In this document: in pieces, positions 19,537-31,800 of the stretch | How the letters are laid out: each line of letters begins with the position of its first letter | Numbering within the stretch: the stretch's first letter is position 1 | IMG/VR virus record: IMGVR_UViG_3300008113_010842 | Origin: an uncultured virus (IMG/VR IMGVR_UViG_3300008113_010842) | Lineage: Duplodnaviria > Heunggongvirae > Uroviricota > Caudoviricetes | DNA length: 64,000 nt | Direction: 5' to 3' (one strand) | Notes under the pieces: generated by a model | Seen by the model: only the letters and a program-made list of their open reading frames with translations | The model's database searches: none | Told to the model about the DNA's origin: nothing | Translations under genes and position numbers: made by a program

Positions 19537-21375
19537 ATGAGTTATAGTTGGGATAAATTTTTGAAACCATTGACTGGAACAGACACAAATATTCAGATTA
19601 TGAATAATGATGGTATTGTCACTAATACAATTAATGCGTATTCAGTAATAAATGTTTTTATAAAAAATAATTTGATAAACATAAGTCTAAAGAGTGGAAG
19701 AGTCATAGTACTTACATTTTCCACAATTAATGAGTCAAAGTTAGCTTTACCTAGACTAAAAATGACTTTAGATAATTTAAGAAAGAAAACACCATTATTC
19801 ATTGATAGTGATATTAAAAATTTTGTAAAAAGTGAAACTACTGATTTTTTCTATCAGAGTTCGATTCCTATTGGAACTTACACAGATTCAATTAATATTG
19901 GTTCTTTCTGGTATGATACCGATACTGGTTTTTTATACGTTTATATAAATGACTCTCTTTCTGGTTATAACTGGGTTACCGCTGCTGGTGAAATAGGACC
20001 AGTAGGTGCAACTGGTCCACAAGGAAATAGTTTTCAATTTTCTGGAATTATCTCATCATCCGCATCACTGCCATTATCTGCTACAGCGGGTGTTAGTTAT
20101 ATAGATGAAACCGAAGGAAATCTTTGGATATACAATTCAAACGTTTCAGATTGGGTCAATGGTGGTTTAATAAGAGGTTCATCTGGAACTTCTGGTACCT
20201 CTGCGACTTCTGGTACCTCTGGTGAATCTGGAACTTCTGGTACCTCTGGTGAATCTGGAACTTCTGGTACCTCTGCAACAAGTGGTACCTCTGGTGAATC
20301 TGGAACTTCTGGTACATCTGCAACAAGTGGTAGTGCAGGCACATCAGGAACATCAGGAACAAGTGGAACATCAGGAATAAATGGTGTAGATGGTGCAACA
20401 TCTTTAAGATGGGTATTGGAAAATAATATAGGCACGGATCCTAGCGTAGATGGAAAATTTACTGTTGGATATAACGCGAATATGATAAGCATCACATTAT
20501 TGAAATTTGCATATACTAGTTTGAATGTCGCATCCGAAGGATTTTGGAACACAATTGCCAATTCAATTCTTATCGGAAGTTCGGTGTATTTACAGGTTAC
20601 AAGAGTCATTGATCGAAATTATACAGCATTGTATAAAGTAAACAATGTTTACTGGAGTGGCACCGCATACGAGATTGGCGTAGATACACCAGTGGTTTAT
20701 GCCAACGGCATATGGTGGCTTGATAATGAATACTCTGTTTCATTTTCAATAGCAGGTTCCAATGGTACATCCGGTACATCAGCAACATCCGGTACATCAG
20801 CAACATCCGGTACATCAGCAACATCCGGTACATCAGCAACTTCTGGTACATCAGCAACTTCTGGTACATCAGCAACATCTGGTACATCAGCAACATCTGG
20901 TACATCTGGAACTGGCACTAGCGGTACATCAGGTATAACACCAACAACAGATTGGACTTTAACTGGTGGATTAACAGTCGGTGGTACATCCTCATTCAAC
21001 GGACTTACGGTTCTACAAGAAGTTTCCGAAGTTATTAATACAACGCCCGGTGCAACAGCCTCGATAGTGGTTTATGATTTTTCAACCGGTTCTAACTGGT
21101 ATCATTCTTCTGCTACTACTAACTACACAGCTAATTTTACTAATGTTCCTATAATAAATAATAGAGCAATAACAACAACTGTAGTTATTAATCAGGGTTC
21201 TACGCCATATATACCGATAGCTTTACAAATTAATAGTGTTTCTCAAACAATAAAATGGTCTGGGGGAACTGCTTCTGGAACATCCAACCAAGTTGATATT
21301 GTTGGATTTACATTTATTAGAGATGGTGCTGGAAACTGGGTACAAGTTTTAGGACAGATAAATACATTTGATTAA
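19537..21375 (+). CDS. Fibre protein with collagen-like (G/A)-T-S repeats; N-terminal domain paralogous to 24853..25671
   Basis: [10 protein letters not shown] fibre-type motif, [10 protein letters not shown], two GTS/ATS repeat blocks. Confidence 0.7.
   Translation: MSYSWDKFLKPLTGTDTNIQIMNNDGIVTNTINAYSVINVFIKNNLINISLKSGRVIVLTFSTINESKLALPRLKMTLDNLRKKTPLFIDSDIKNFVKSETTDFFYQSSIPIGTYTDSINIGSFWYDTDTGFLYVYINDSLSGYNWVTAAGEIGPVGATGPQGNSFQFSGIISSSASLPLSATAGVSYIDETEGNLWIYNSNVSDWVNGGLIRGSSGTSGTSATSGTSGESGTSGTSGESGTSGTSATSGTSGESGTSGTSATSGSAGTSGTSGTSGTSGINGVDGATSLRWVLENNIGTDPSVDGKFTVGYNANMISITLLKFAYTSLNVASEGFWNTIANSILIGSSVYLQVTRVIDRNYTALYKVNNVYWSGTAYEIGVDTPVVYANGIWWLDNEYSVSFSIAGSNGTSGTSATSGTSATSGTSATSGTSATSGTSATSGTSATSGTSATSGTSGTGTSGTSGITPTTDWTLTGGLTVGGTSSFNGLTVLQEVSEVINTTPGATASIVVYDFSTGSNWYHSSATTNYTANFTNVPIINNRAITTTVVINQGSTPYIPIALQINSVSQTIKWSGGTASGTSNQVDIVGFTFIRDGAGNWVQVLGQINTFD
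20176..20380 (+). repeat. Coding tandem repeat block 1 (GTS/GES/ATS triplets)
   Basis: Repeated ggaacttctggtacctct-type units. Confidence 0.85.
20773..20898 (+). repeat. 18-bp tandem repeat x7 (GTSATS)
   Basis: ggtacatcagcaac(a/t)tc(c/t) repeated seven times. Confidence 0.9.
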
Positions 21376-21379
21376 ATAT

Positions 21380-23425
21380 ATGCTGAGTAGACTTTCATCA
21401 TTCTCAGGTCCTCTATCTAAGTTGTTTAAGAATCAGATAGTTTTTAATAATCTAATTTTAGATTTACAATCGACTATCGGATTATCTGGATCAACTTGGA
21501 TTGACCAATCATCTTATAATAATAATGCTACTCTTTATGGTTCAATTGTTACAGACTCCATAAATAGCGAAATTGTTCTTTCATTGGATGGTATTAATGA
21601 TTACATATTTCCAACAAATGGATTTGGCAATGTTTTAGACACTGGATTCACTTATGAAGTTTGGGCTCGTCCAATCACATCATCAAACGGTGTTCTTTTA
21701 TTGGAAACCGGACAACCTGATTCGGTTAGTGGTTGGAATGATAATCAAATGGCTTTTGTGTCAAATCGAATAAATGCTTCTGTTTATGATGGTGATGCCA
21801 ATCCGTATATAAATGGACCTACATTTTCTGTTGACACTTGGTATAATATAGTAATGACTTATAATAATTCTAATGACTTAGTATCATTATATATTGATGG
21901 TGTTTTATATTCTACTTTAATAGTAAATAAATTAAATCCTTCAATTACATATTTATCTTTGGGTAGACCTGGATTTTCCTCAGCGTATATTGGCGGGGCT
22001 AACGGTCATTTTAAAGGTTATATAGGCGCTTGGAGAATATGGGACGGACCTCTTGATAGCACCGAAGTTCTTTTAAATTATAATACAAGTAGAGAAGCGT
22101 ATGATACATTTATTACAAATAACACAATACTTTATTTAGATGCTGGTTCTACATATTCTTATCCAGGTTCTGGTAGTGTTTGGTATGATTTAAGTGTACA
22201 AGATAATGATGCTACATTAACAAATACAACATATAATAATATAAATGGTTATTTTACATTTAATGGAACCTCAAATAGCAAAGGAGCATTAATATCATCT
22301 AAATATAATGTGGTTTACTCTGGTAAAACTGTATTTGTTACTGTTTATTTATCAAGTAACATGGTTAATGCTACTTATAGGGCAATTTTAGGTTCTTCAG
22401 CTGGTTCTAGAAATTTTAACTTTTATATGCATAGAGATAGTGGCGGTAATTATAAACTACATTATTCTGCTGGTGGTCAAGGTGGATTTAGTAGTAATTT
22501 AACATCTTTTACACCAGGAACATGGTTTACTGCTGCTGTAACACATACTACTGGTGGTTTAGTAAGTTATTACTTTAATGGTCAACCAGTTGGAACTGAA
22601 ACTAATGCTTTTTCTCAATATTTATCAAGTACTGAGAATGTAGGTGGAGCTGATAATTTTTGGGATGGTAGAATTGGTTTGGCTTCTGTTTATAAAGTTG
22701 CTTTATCATCTTCTGAGATATTACAAAATCATAATAGTGTTAAGAATAGATATTCTAATTTTGTAGATACTAACTTAGTACTTTACTTTGACCCTAATAA
22801 AGATTTAAATTATCCAAGTTCTATTAGTGATTTAAGTGGTAATTCATTAAATGGTACTTTATCAAATAACACGTTTACGGCACCATATTTAACTTTTAAT
22901 GGTTCTAATTCGGATATTAGAATCTCTGATAACGCTCTTTTAGAACCGGGTTCTGGTGATTGGACTATGGAAGTTTGGATAAATGTATCCAATTCGACAG
23001 GTAGTAGAGTTGTTTTAGGAAAAATTGCACCTGGTGGTAATTCTGCTGATATATCATATGCTATTAGAATATTAAATGGTAATATTCGAGCGGACTTTAA
23101 TAGTGGTGCTCTTTCTGCAGTAAGTACCGCGAACTATGCACTGACATTAGATACCTGGTATCAATTTACTTACGTATTTAATAATGTATCAAGTAATGAT
23201 ATAATAACATATGTAAATGGTCAGTATTCATCTACAACAACACATTCCTATGCAAGTTTATTGAATACATCTACAGATTTACGTCTAGGATCATATAATG
23301 GAGGTGCTGCTTTTCAACAATGGTTTAGTGGTAAAATGGGTATAGTAAGAATTTATAACTCTGCTTTAAGTTCTTCTGATGTTTCTAAAAACTTTGAAGC
23401 AAATAGGGACATTTACGGTATCTAA
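21380..23425 (+). CDS. Triple LamG/concanavalin-A-like lectin domain protein (putative receptor-binding/decoration protein)
   Basis: Three repeats of L.LD/FD...W.D.S...N.TL...F.G...W...TY...YING...F.G.IG..RIY..AL; ATG at 21380 preferred over TTG at 21368. Confidence 0.8.
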   Translation: MLSRLSSFSGPLSKLFKNQIVFNNLILDLQSTIGLSGSTWIDQSSYNNNATLYGSIVTDSINSEIVLSLDGINDYIFPTNGFGNVLDTGFTYEVWARPITSSNGVLLLETGQPDSVSGWNDNQMAFVSNRINASVYDGDANPYINGPTFSVDTWYNIVMTYNNSNDLVSLYIDGVLYSTLIVNKLNPSITYLSLGRPGFSSAYIGGANGHFKGYIGAWRIWDGPLDSTEVLLNYNTSREAYDTFITNNTILYLDAGSTYSYPGSGSVWYDLSVQDNDATLTNTTYNNINGYFTFNGTSNSKGALISSKYNVVYSGKTVFVTVYLSSNMVNATYRAILGSSAGSRNFNFYMHRDSGGNYKLHYSAGGQGGFSSNLTSFTPGTWFTAAVTHTTGGLVSYYFNGQPVGTETNAFSQYLSSTENVGGADNFWDGRIGLASVYKVALSSSEILQNHNSVKNRYSNFVDTNLVLYFDPNKDLNYPSSISDLSGNSLNGTLSNNTFTAPYLTFNGSNSDIRISDNALLEPGSGDWTMEVWINVSNSTGSRVVLGKIAPGGNSADISYAIRILNGNIRADFNSGALSAVSTANYALTLDTWYQFTYVFNNVSSNDIITYVNGQYSSTTTHSYASLLNTSTDLRLGSYNGGAAFQQWFSGKMGIVRIYNSALSSSDVSKNFEANRDIYGI

Positions 23426-23484
23426 AAAGAATTCTCTTTTTATATTATAGGAATTTAATATATAAAAAAATATTAATTTTTGTA

Positions 23485-24012
23485 ATGATAAAATGGCCTA
23501 AAAATCCTACAGTTGGTGATATCTACACAAACGAGTCAGGAACAAGTTGGAAATTTAATGGTAAAGCTTGGGTTTCAATAAGAAAATCGATTCCTAATTC
23601 AATCAATTATCAATTTAGTCACAATTCGATGGATCCGGTTGATAATATGACTTATTTTATTGGAAATATTCCTGATTCGCCTGCTCAATCTAATACTTCT
23701 ATCGCTTCTAAAAGAATACAATCTTCTGTAACCGGTAGAGTTACCCAAATTTCTATCATGACACAAGTAGTAGGTGAATTAGGTTCGGATGAGTCACAAT
23801 CTTTTATTTTGAGTAACTACACTAAGGGAACTTCAACCATTATAAGTAACACATATAAACATATTTCTAGTAGTCAATTAGATACTTTTGTATTACAAAT
23901 ACCATTTGACGTTTCAAAAAACGATGAATTAGAAATTAAATGGCTAACTCCAACATTTAGGATAGGTCCTACAATTGTAAGACATAATTTCAATGTTAAT
24001 ATTGAATATTAA
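23485..24012 (+). CDS. Putative fibre-associated protein
   Basis: N-terminal WPKNPTVGDIYT..GTSWKFNGKAW motif typical of phage fibre proteins; late-type motif upstream. Confidence 0.55.
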   Translation: MIKWPKNPTVGDIYTNESGTSWKFNGKAWVSIRKSIPNSINYQFSHNSMDPVDNMTYFIGNIPDSPAQSNTSIASKRIQSSVTGRVTQISIMTQVVGELGSDESQSFILSNYTKGTSTIISNTYKHISSSQLDTFVLQIPFDVSKNDELEIKWLTPTFRIGPTIVRHNFNVNIEY

Positions 24013-24026
24013 AAAAAATTTAAAAT

Positions 24027-24845
24027 ATGAATTTAGGTAAATATGAAATAGAAACTTATTACGTAGTTATAAATGGTCAAACTGAAACAAGACAAAGAGT
24101 AATCTATACTGGTTTGAATGAAGAAGATATATTTATTGAACGTTATTATGGTTCTATTAGAGACGGTTATAGAGGTTCTAATACTTACTTTAAAAATTTG
24201 ACTTGGCAAAATATAAAAACTCATATAATAGGTGAATCTATTGTAATTAATGATAATAGTAATCCACCAAAGCCTCAAATATATCTTAATATTTCAAGTA
24301 TAGTTTCTATTGAAAGAGAAACTGATAATAGTTTAGCTATTATTGATAGTCAGATAGAACCAATTAATTTAGAGTTTATTTCAATTTATGATTGTGACCA
24401 ATCTTACTCTTTATTTAATTATGTTTTACAAAATAATGATACAGATATAGATACTATTTCTGCTGACATAACTGCTCCTATAATTTTCTTTAATGAATAT
24501 TTTTATGGTGAAGATATAAAATTGGATGGTAGTAATTTATCTGGTCCCTTTTCAACTGAGAATGGAAATACATTTTTAGTAAATTTTGATTTCAACCTTT
24601 TCGAAGGCCCAAATCCTCTACAAAAACAAGATATAATTGATGGTTTAATTTATAGCATAACAGATAATAGAGATGGTGATTTAAATTTAGGGGAACAAGA
24701 TTTGACTATATATAAGGATATTATTAGTGTTAATAATATTGTAAGTGAAATTTCAGAAGTTGGAACATACTTATGTAAGTTTTATTTGAAAGATTTAGGA
24801 AAAAATCAAAATAATTCGACAGTTATTATAACAGTCAATCAATAA
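24027..24845 (+). CDS. Putative structural adaptor protein A2 (paralog of 18376..19521)
   Basis: Alignment by eye with the C-terminal two-thirds of the ORF at 18376. Confidence 0.6.
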   Translation: MNLGKYEIETYYVVINGQTETRQRVIYTGLNEEDIFIERYYGSIRDGYRGSNTYFKNLTWQNIKTHIIGESIVINDNSNPPKPQIYLNISSIVSIERETDNSLAIIDSQIEPINLEFISIYDCDQSYSLFNYVLQNNDTDIDTISADITAPIIFFNEYFYGEDIKLDGSNLSGPFSTENGNTFLVNFDFNLFEGPNPLQKQDIIDGLIYSITDNRDGDLNLGEQDLTIYKDIISVNNIVSEISEVGTYLCKFYLKDLGKNQNNSTVIITVNQ

Positions 24846-24852
24846 AAAGAAG

Positions 24853-25671
24853 ATGAGTTATAGTTTAAATAGATTTTTAAGGCCTCTAAAGGAAACTGAT
24901 AAAACAATCAGAGTCTATGATGATCGTAATTTACCAATACATACTATAAACCCATTTTCAGTTTTAAGAGTATTTGTAACAAATGCCAATTTGAATATTG
25001 CTCTATCTGGTAATAGAACTGTAGTTTTAGACTTTGACAATAACGAAGAAACAAAAGAGGCTCTCAGTAAGTTTCAATCATGTGTTGACCAATTAAGGCA
25101 AAAATCACCAGAAACTATTGATAAAGAGACTGAGAAATATGTCGAGAAAATTATACAGACTAATGTTGGTGTTGCTTCATTCAACGGTGTCACCGCATCA
25201 AGACAATCTTTAGTAGTAAGTGGTGATGATAATTTAGATATGACTATTGAAACCTTAGGTGGAACACACTCTATTACACTAAATTGGACTGGTATATTAC
25301 CAATAGAAAGAGGAGGTTTAAATAATAGTGAGTTTTTTGAAGGTGAATTACTTACTTCAGATGGTGATTCTGTCTTATCATCGGGTTATAAAGTAAATAA
25401 CGATGGTTTTTCAGAATTTGATATATGGTCAGCTTCTAAAATTGTTAAACAACTATCTGATAGTAAAGTAGTTTTTAATATCGGTGATGGTCAAACAGAT
25501 ACTTTTAATTTGAATCATAATTTAGGAACAAGAGCTGTTATAGTTCAAATTTTTGATATTCAAACTGGAGAATCTGTAGAAACCGAAGTAATTAGAAAAG
25601 ATGAAAATTCAGTTGAAGTTAACTTCAATAGACCACCAGATAACGAGAAGTATTGTGTCGTTATATCATAA
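24853..25671 (+). CDS. Putative fibre adaptor: N-terminus like 19537, C-terminus like the end of 25824
   Basis: MSYSLNRFLRPL vs [32 protein letters not shown] vs FTIGNG..HALGTMDVIVQIYE. Confidence 0.6.
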   Translation: MSYSLNRFLRPLKETDKTIRVYDDRNLPIHTINPFSVLRVFVTNANLNIALSGNRTVVLDFDNNEETKEALSKFQSCVDQLRQKSPETIDKETEKYVEKIIQTNVGVASFNGVTASRQSLVVSGDDNLDMTIETLGGTHSITLNWTGILPIERGGLNNSEFFEGELLTSDGDSVLSSGYKVNNDGFSEFDIWSASKIVKQLSDSKVVFNIGDGQTDTFNLNHNLGTRAVIVQIFDIQTGESVETEVIRKDENSVEVNFNRPPDNEKYCVVIS

Positions 25672-25823
25672 GTTAAGAAATTATTAAATTTGAAAAAAAT
25701 TTAAAAAATTATTTCTTGCGAGTGTAAAAAATCCCTATATAATAAGGTATTTTAAAATATTCATTTACTACGATTTATATATAATATACTTACAAAAATG
25801 TAAGAAAAAAATAATAAATCTAA

Positions 25824-28800
25824 ATGAGTAAAAGTAAAAAGTTTTTGGTTGATTTGGACTTAGATTCAAATCTAATTAAGAATGTTGCGACTCCTGTGGA
25901 TGGCTCCGATGCGGTAAATAAAGATTTCGTAACCGGACTAATTGCTGAGACAAGCTCTGAATTAAGCTCTGAGGTTGATAGATTAGATGGTTTGATAGGA
26001 AATGTTCTATCAAACACTGATCCTGCAGCTTTGGATTCTTTATCAGAAATCGTATCAGCCTTCCAATCAGCTGACGACAACATTAACGGTGCTATTCAGA
26101 ACTTAGCAAGTTCTGCTGGCTCTAACCTTTCAACAGAAGTAGCAAGAGCTACATCTGCTGAGTTATCTCTAACAACAGCACTTAGCGATGAAAGCGCGGC
26201 TAGAATCGCTGATGTTGATAATGAAGAGACAAGAGCGAAAGCAGCAGAAGCACAATTAACTTCTGATTTGTCATCAGAAACTGCAGCAAGAATTGCTGAT
26301 GTTGATGGCGAAGAAGCAAGAGCAACTGCGGCTGAAGGTGTCTTAACAACAAATCTATCTGCAGAGATAGTAGCAAGAATTTCAGATGTTGATGCTGAAG
26401 AGTCGAGAGCTATTGCGGCTGAGACTTCTTTAACTACAGCTTTAAGTAACGAAATTTCTAACAGAATACTTGATGTTAACGCTGAAGAAAGTAGAGCAAT
26501 TTCTGCTGAATCTTCTTTGACATCCGCTTTATCTACAGAGGTAGTTAATAGAACTGCTGATGTTGATGCTGAACAAACAAGAGCTGAGTCAGTTGAAGCT
26601 ATTATTAAAAGTGATTTAACTAAAGAAATTTCTGATAGAATTGCTGATGTTGATGCTGAACAAACAAGAGCTGAGTCAGTTGAAGCCATCATTAAAAGTG
26701 ATTTATCTGCGGAAAGCTCAAGAGCTATTGCTGCTGAATTATCGTTAAACACAAAAGTTGATTTTGTTATTTCTAATGTTGATGGCGCGGCTATCGATTC
26801 ATTAACTGAAATCGTTGCGGCATTCCAATCTGCTGATGGAGATATTAACAATGCTATTACGAACTTATCAAATGCTGCAACAACAGATTTGAGTAACGAG
26901 ATAGTAAGAGCTGAATCGGCTGAGTTATCTTTAAAAACTAAATTATCAGTTGAAATATCTGAGAGAAACGCTGATGTTGCTTCTTTAACATATGAATTAA
27001 GTTTAGAAGCTGACGCTCGTTCATTAGGTGACTCTGTATTACAATCTAACTTAGATGATGAAGAAAGTAGAGCTACATCTGCTGAGGCTAAATTAACATC
27101 TGATTTATCACAAGAAGTCGTTGATAGAACTGCTGATGTTAATGCTGAAGAAAGTAGAGCACTTGTTGCTGAAGCACAATTAAGATCTGATTTATCATCA
27201 GAAGTTTCAAATAGAGTTGCTGATGTTGATGCTGAAGAAAATAGAGCTACATCAGCTGAGGCTGTTTTAACAGCGGCATTATCTACAGAGGTAGTTAATA
27301 GAACTGCTGATGTTGATGCTGAAGAAAGTAGAGCACTTGTTGCAGAAGCTGCATTAAGAAGTTCATTATCTACAGAAGTAGTTAATAGAACTGCTGATGT
27401 TGATGCTGAAGAAAGTAGAGCATTATCAGCTGAATTAGTATTGACTAATAATTTAACTAAAGAAGTTGCTGATAGAATTGCTGATGTTGATGCTGAACAA
27501 GAAAGAGCTGAGTCAGTTGAGGCTATCATTAAAAGTGACTTATCAGCTGAGATTTCAAGAGCTACTTCAACTGAGGCTGAATTGTCTGACGCTATTGCAT
27601 ATATCACTTCAAATGTAGATCCTAATGCATTAGATTCATTAACTGAAATCGTTACGGCTTTCCAAAATGCTGATAGTGACTTAAATAGTGCAATCACTAA
27701 TTTATCTAACGCTGCAACAACAGATTTGAGTAACGAGATAGTAAGAGCTGAATCGGCTGAGTTATCTTTATCAAACAGATTGTCAACAGAAGAAGCTAAT
27801 AGGGCTGATGCTTTATCAGTAGAATTATCAAGAGCTGAATCAGTTGAAGCTATCATTAAAAGTGATTTAACTAAAGAGATTGAAAATAGAGTTTCTGATG
27901 TAAATGCTGAAGAAACAAGAGCAAAATCTGTTGAAACTGCTTTATCAAATGCAATATCTACTGAGGTAGTTAATAGAACAAACGATGTTGATGCTGAAGA
28001 GTCAAGAGCTCTTGCTGCAGAAGGTGTATTAACAACTAACTTAAATGCTGAAATTTCTGCAAGAGTTGCCGATGTTGATACTGAACAATCAAGAGCTACT
28101 GCTGCTGAGACATTATTAACATCTAACTTAAATGCTGAGATTTCTGCACGTATTGTTGATGTTGATGCTGAAGAAAGTAGAGCTACATCTGCTGAGGCTA
28201 AATTAACATCTGATTTATTACAAGAAGTTGCTGATAGAACTGCTGATGTTGATGCTGAACAAGAAAGAGCTGAGTCAGTTGAAGCTATTATTAAAAGTGA
28301 TTTGGCTAAAGAGATTTTAGACAGAACTGCTGATGTTGATGCTGAGCAAGACAGAGCTGAATCAGTAGAGGCTATTATTAAAAGTGATTTATCAACTGAA
28401 ATTTCAAGAGCTACCGCAACTGAGACTTCATTGGAAAATAAATTAAACAATGTAATTTCTAACACAGATGCTGCTGCATTAGATTCATTAACTGAAATCG
28501 TTGCTGCTTTCCAATCTGCTGATGGAAACTTAAATAACACAATTACAAATTTATCAAATAGTGCTACATCTGCACTTTCATCTGAAATTTCAAGAGCTAC
28601 ATCTGCTGAGACTTCTATCGTATCTAACTTAGATAAAGAAGTTTTAGATAGAATCTCTGATGTTGATGCTGAAGAAAGTAGAGCTATGTCTGCTGAAGCT
28701 GTATTGACTTCTGATTTATCTAAAGAAGTTGTTGATAGAGCTAGTGCTGTATCTGCTGAAGAATCTTCAAGAATTGCTGGTGATGCAGAATTATCATCAG

Positions 28801-31800
28801 ACCTTTCTCAAGAAGTTGTTGACAGAATTGCTGACGTAAATGCTGAAGAGACAAGAGCTCTTTCTGCTGAGGCTGTTCTTAGATCAGACCTTTCTTCTGA
28901 AGTATCTAATAGAGTTGCTGACGTCGATGCTGAAGAAAACAGGGCTATGTCTGCTGAAGCTGTATTAAGAGGTAATTTATCTTCTGAAGTATCTAATAGA
29001 GTTGCTGACGTCGATGCTGAAGAGAGTAGAGCTTTAGCGGCTGAGTCTTCATTAGCTTCATCACTTTCTACTGAGGTTGTTAACAGAGTTGACGCTATCA
29101 ACGCTGAGGCTTCTGATAGAGTTAAAGGTGATTCTGAACTTCAATATCAATTAGATACTTATGTAGATTCTAATAATCAAGCACTTAATGATGAAATTTC
29201 AAGAGCTACTTCTTCTGAGACATCTTTAGAAGAGGATTTAAAATCTGAAATTTCGAGAGCTACTTCAGCTGAATTATCTTTAAACACAAAAGTTGATTTT
29301 GTTATTTCTAACGCTAATCCTGATGCTATTGATTCATTAACTGAAATCATTAAAGCATTCGAAGACGCTGATAGTGATATTAACAATGCTATATCTAGCT
29401 TATCTAGTGCCGCTACAACTGCCGTAAGTAACGAAGAAAGTAGAGCAATTGTTGCTGAATTATCTTTATCAAATAAATTATCTTCAGAGCAATCGAGAGC
29501 TGAATCTGCTGAATTGTCATTAACTAATGACTTATCTTCTGAGGTTTCAAGAGCTGAAGCTGCTGAAGGAGTATTGACATCTGACTTATCATCTGAAGTT
29601 TCTAGAGCTAAGGCTGCTGAAGACTTAATCAAAGCAAACCTATCTACAGAGGTTGTAAATAGAACAAATGATGTTGATGCTGAGCAATCAAGAGCTACTG
29701 CTGCTGAAACTCAATTAACAAATGACTTGAACGCTGAAATTGCAGCGAGAATTTCTGATGTTGACGTTGAGCAGTCCAGAGCTACTGCTGCTGAGCAATT
29801 ATTGACATCAAACTTAAATACTGAGATTTCTAATAGAATCGATGATGTTGACGCTGAAGAAAGTAGAGCAATTGCTGCTGAGGCTTCTTTAACATCTGCT
29901 TTATCTAATGAAATCATAGCTAGAACAAATGATGTTGATGCTGAAGAAAGTAGAGCTATATCTGCTGAGTCTAAATTAACATCTGATTTAGCTAAAGAAA
30001 TTGAAAATAGAGTTTCTGACGTAAATGCTGAAGAATCAAGAGCAATGTCTGTTGAGACGGTGTTGTCAAACGTGCTTGCATCTGAAATTACAAGAGCTAC
30101 TTCTAAAGAAGATTCATTAGAAGTGAAATTAGATAACGTAATTTCTAATATAGATCCAGTAGCATTAGATTCATTAACTGAAATTGTATCAGCTTTCCAA
30201 TCTGCTGATAGTAACTTAAACAGTACAATTACAAATCTATCAAATAGCGCTACATCTGCACTTTCATCTGAAATTTCAAGAGCTACTTCTTCAGAATTGT
30301 CTTTGACAACTGCTTTGAGTAACGAGGAATCTTCAAGAATTGCTGATGTTGATGCTGAAGAGTCAAGAGCAATTTCTGTTGAGACTGTTTTATCAAATGT
30401 AATCAAAAAAGAAATTGAAGACAGAGTTGCTGATGTTGATGCTGAAGAGTCAAGAGCAATGTCTGTTGAGACGTTATTATCAAATGTACTTGCGTCAGAA
30501 ATTTCTGATAGAATTTCCGATGTAAACGCTGAAGAAAGTAGAGCAATTGCTGCTGAAGATGCTATCAAAGCAAATTTATCATCAGAGATTTCTAACAGAG
30601 TTGCTGATGTTGATGCTGAAGAGTCAAGAGCTCTTGCTGCTGAGTTAGTATTAAGAAATGACTTATCCGCAGAGATTTCTAACAGAGTTGCTGATGTTGA
30701 TTCTGAAGAAAATAGAGCAATTGCAGCTGAGGCTTCATTAGAGGATTTATTATCAACTAATGTAAATTCAATTAATAATGATTTATCTTCTGAAACTTCA
30801 AGAGCAACTTCTGCTGAGTGGTCTTTAGAGCTAGCGCTTTCTAGGGAGATCACAAGAGCTGAAGAAGCTGAAGCTAGTCTATCAACTGAAATTTCAACAA
30901 AAGTTGCTTACTTACTAAACAACACAGATTTAACTGAAATCGATTCATTTGCTGAGGTATCAAGTAATTTATCAGCTGAAGTATCTAACATTTATGTAAA
31001 AATAGGTGCAAATGATTCAGATGTTAATGCTACAATTAGTAGTGAAGTTTCAAGAGCTACATCTGTTGAATTATCATTAGAAACTAAATTAGACGCAGTA
31101 ATTTCAAATATTGATCCAGTTGCTTTGGATTCATTGACTGAAATCGTTGATGCATTCCAGAATGCTGATGGTGACATCTTTGACTCAATAAAAGAGTTAT
31201 CTGATAAGGCTTCTGGTTCAATCAGTTCAGAAATTTCAAGAGCAGAATCTGTAGAATTATCTATAGCTGACGCATTAAAGGCTGAAATAGAAAGAGCTGA
31301 AAAAGCTGAATCTGAGTTATCAACAGAACTATCAACTCAGGTATCTTATTTATTAAGTAATACTGATTTGACTGAGCTTGATTCATTTGCTGAGGTATCT
31401 GCTGAATTAGTTTCTACAGTATCTGACGCAATTGCTGAGTTAGCTTTAGTAGATGAAGTCACAATCGTTCTTAACGATACTGACAACACAATTAGTTTAT
31501 CTGAAAATGTAGCTGCTCCTGCTAGTGGTATAAGAACATTTAGTGGTTTAATTGAAGTTTCTTCTGAGCCATCTGATGATGCTAACTTTAGTGACTTATC
31601 ATTGACAACAGCTGGTTATGTAAATAATGGTTTAAATTCTATAAGAACATCAACAAATACGGCAGATGCTGCTATTGCTGAAAGACTAAATGTTACACCA
31701 GTTGTCTCTGCTTTCACTATTGGAAATGGTGTTGATACTGCTTATACTTGTGAACACGCTTTAGGTACTATGGATGTAATTGTTCAAATATATGAAATTG

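Noticed and set aside
20773..20898. Possible CRISPR array
   Set aside because: Contiguous 18-bp coding repeats with no unique spacers and no cas genes.
20097..20999. Antisense ORFs with VPDVAD or MYQKLL repeats
   Set aside because: Reverse-frame readings of the GTS tandem repeats.
25820..31177. Long antisense ORFs (814 aa, 380 aa, 151 aa and others)
   Set aside because: Shadows of the repetitive Ala/Ser/Glu-rich fibre gene; the codon bias removes reverse-strand stops.
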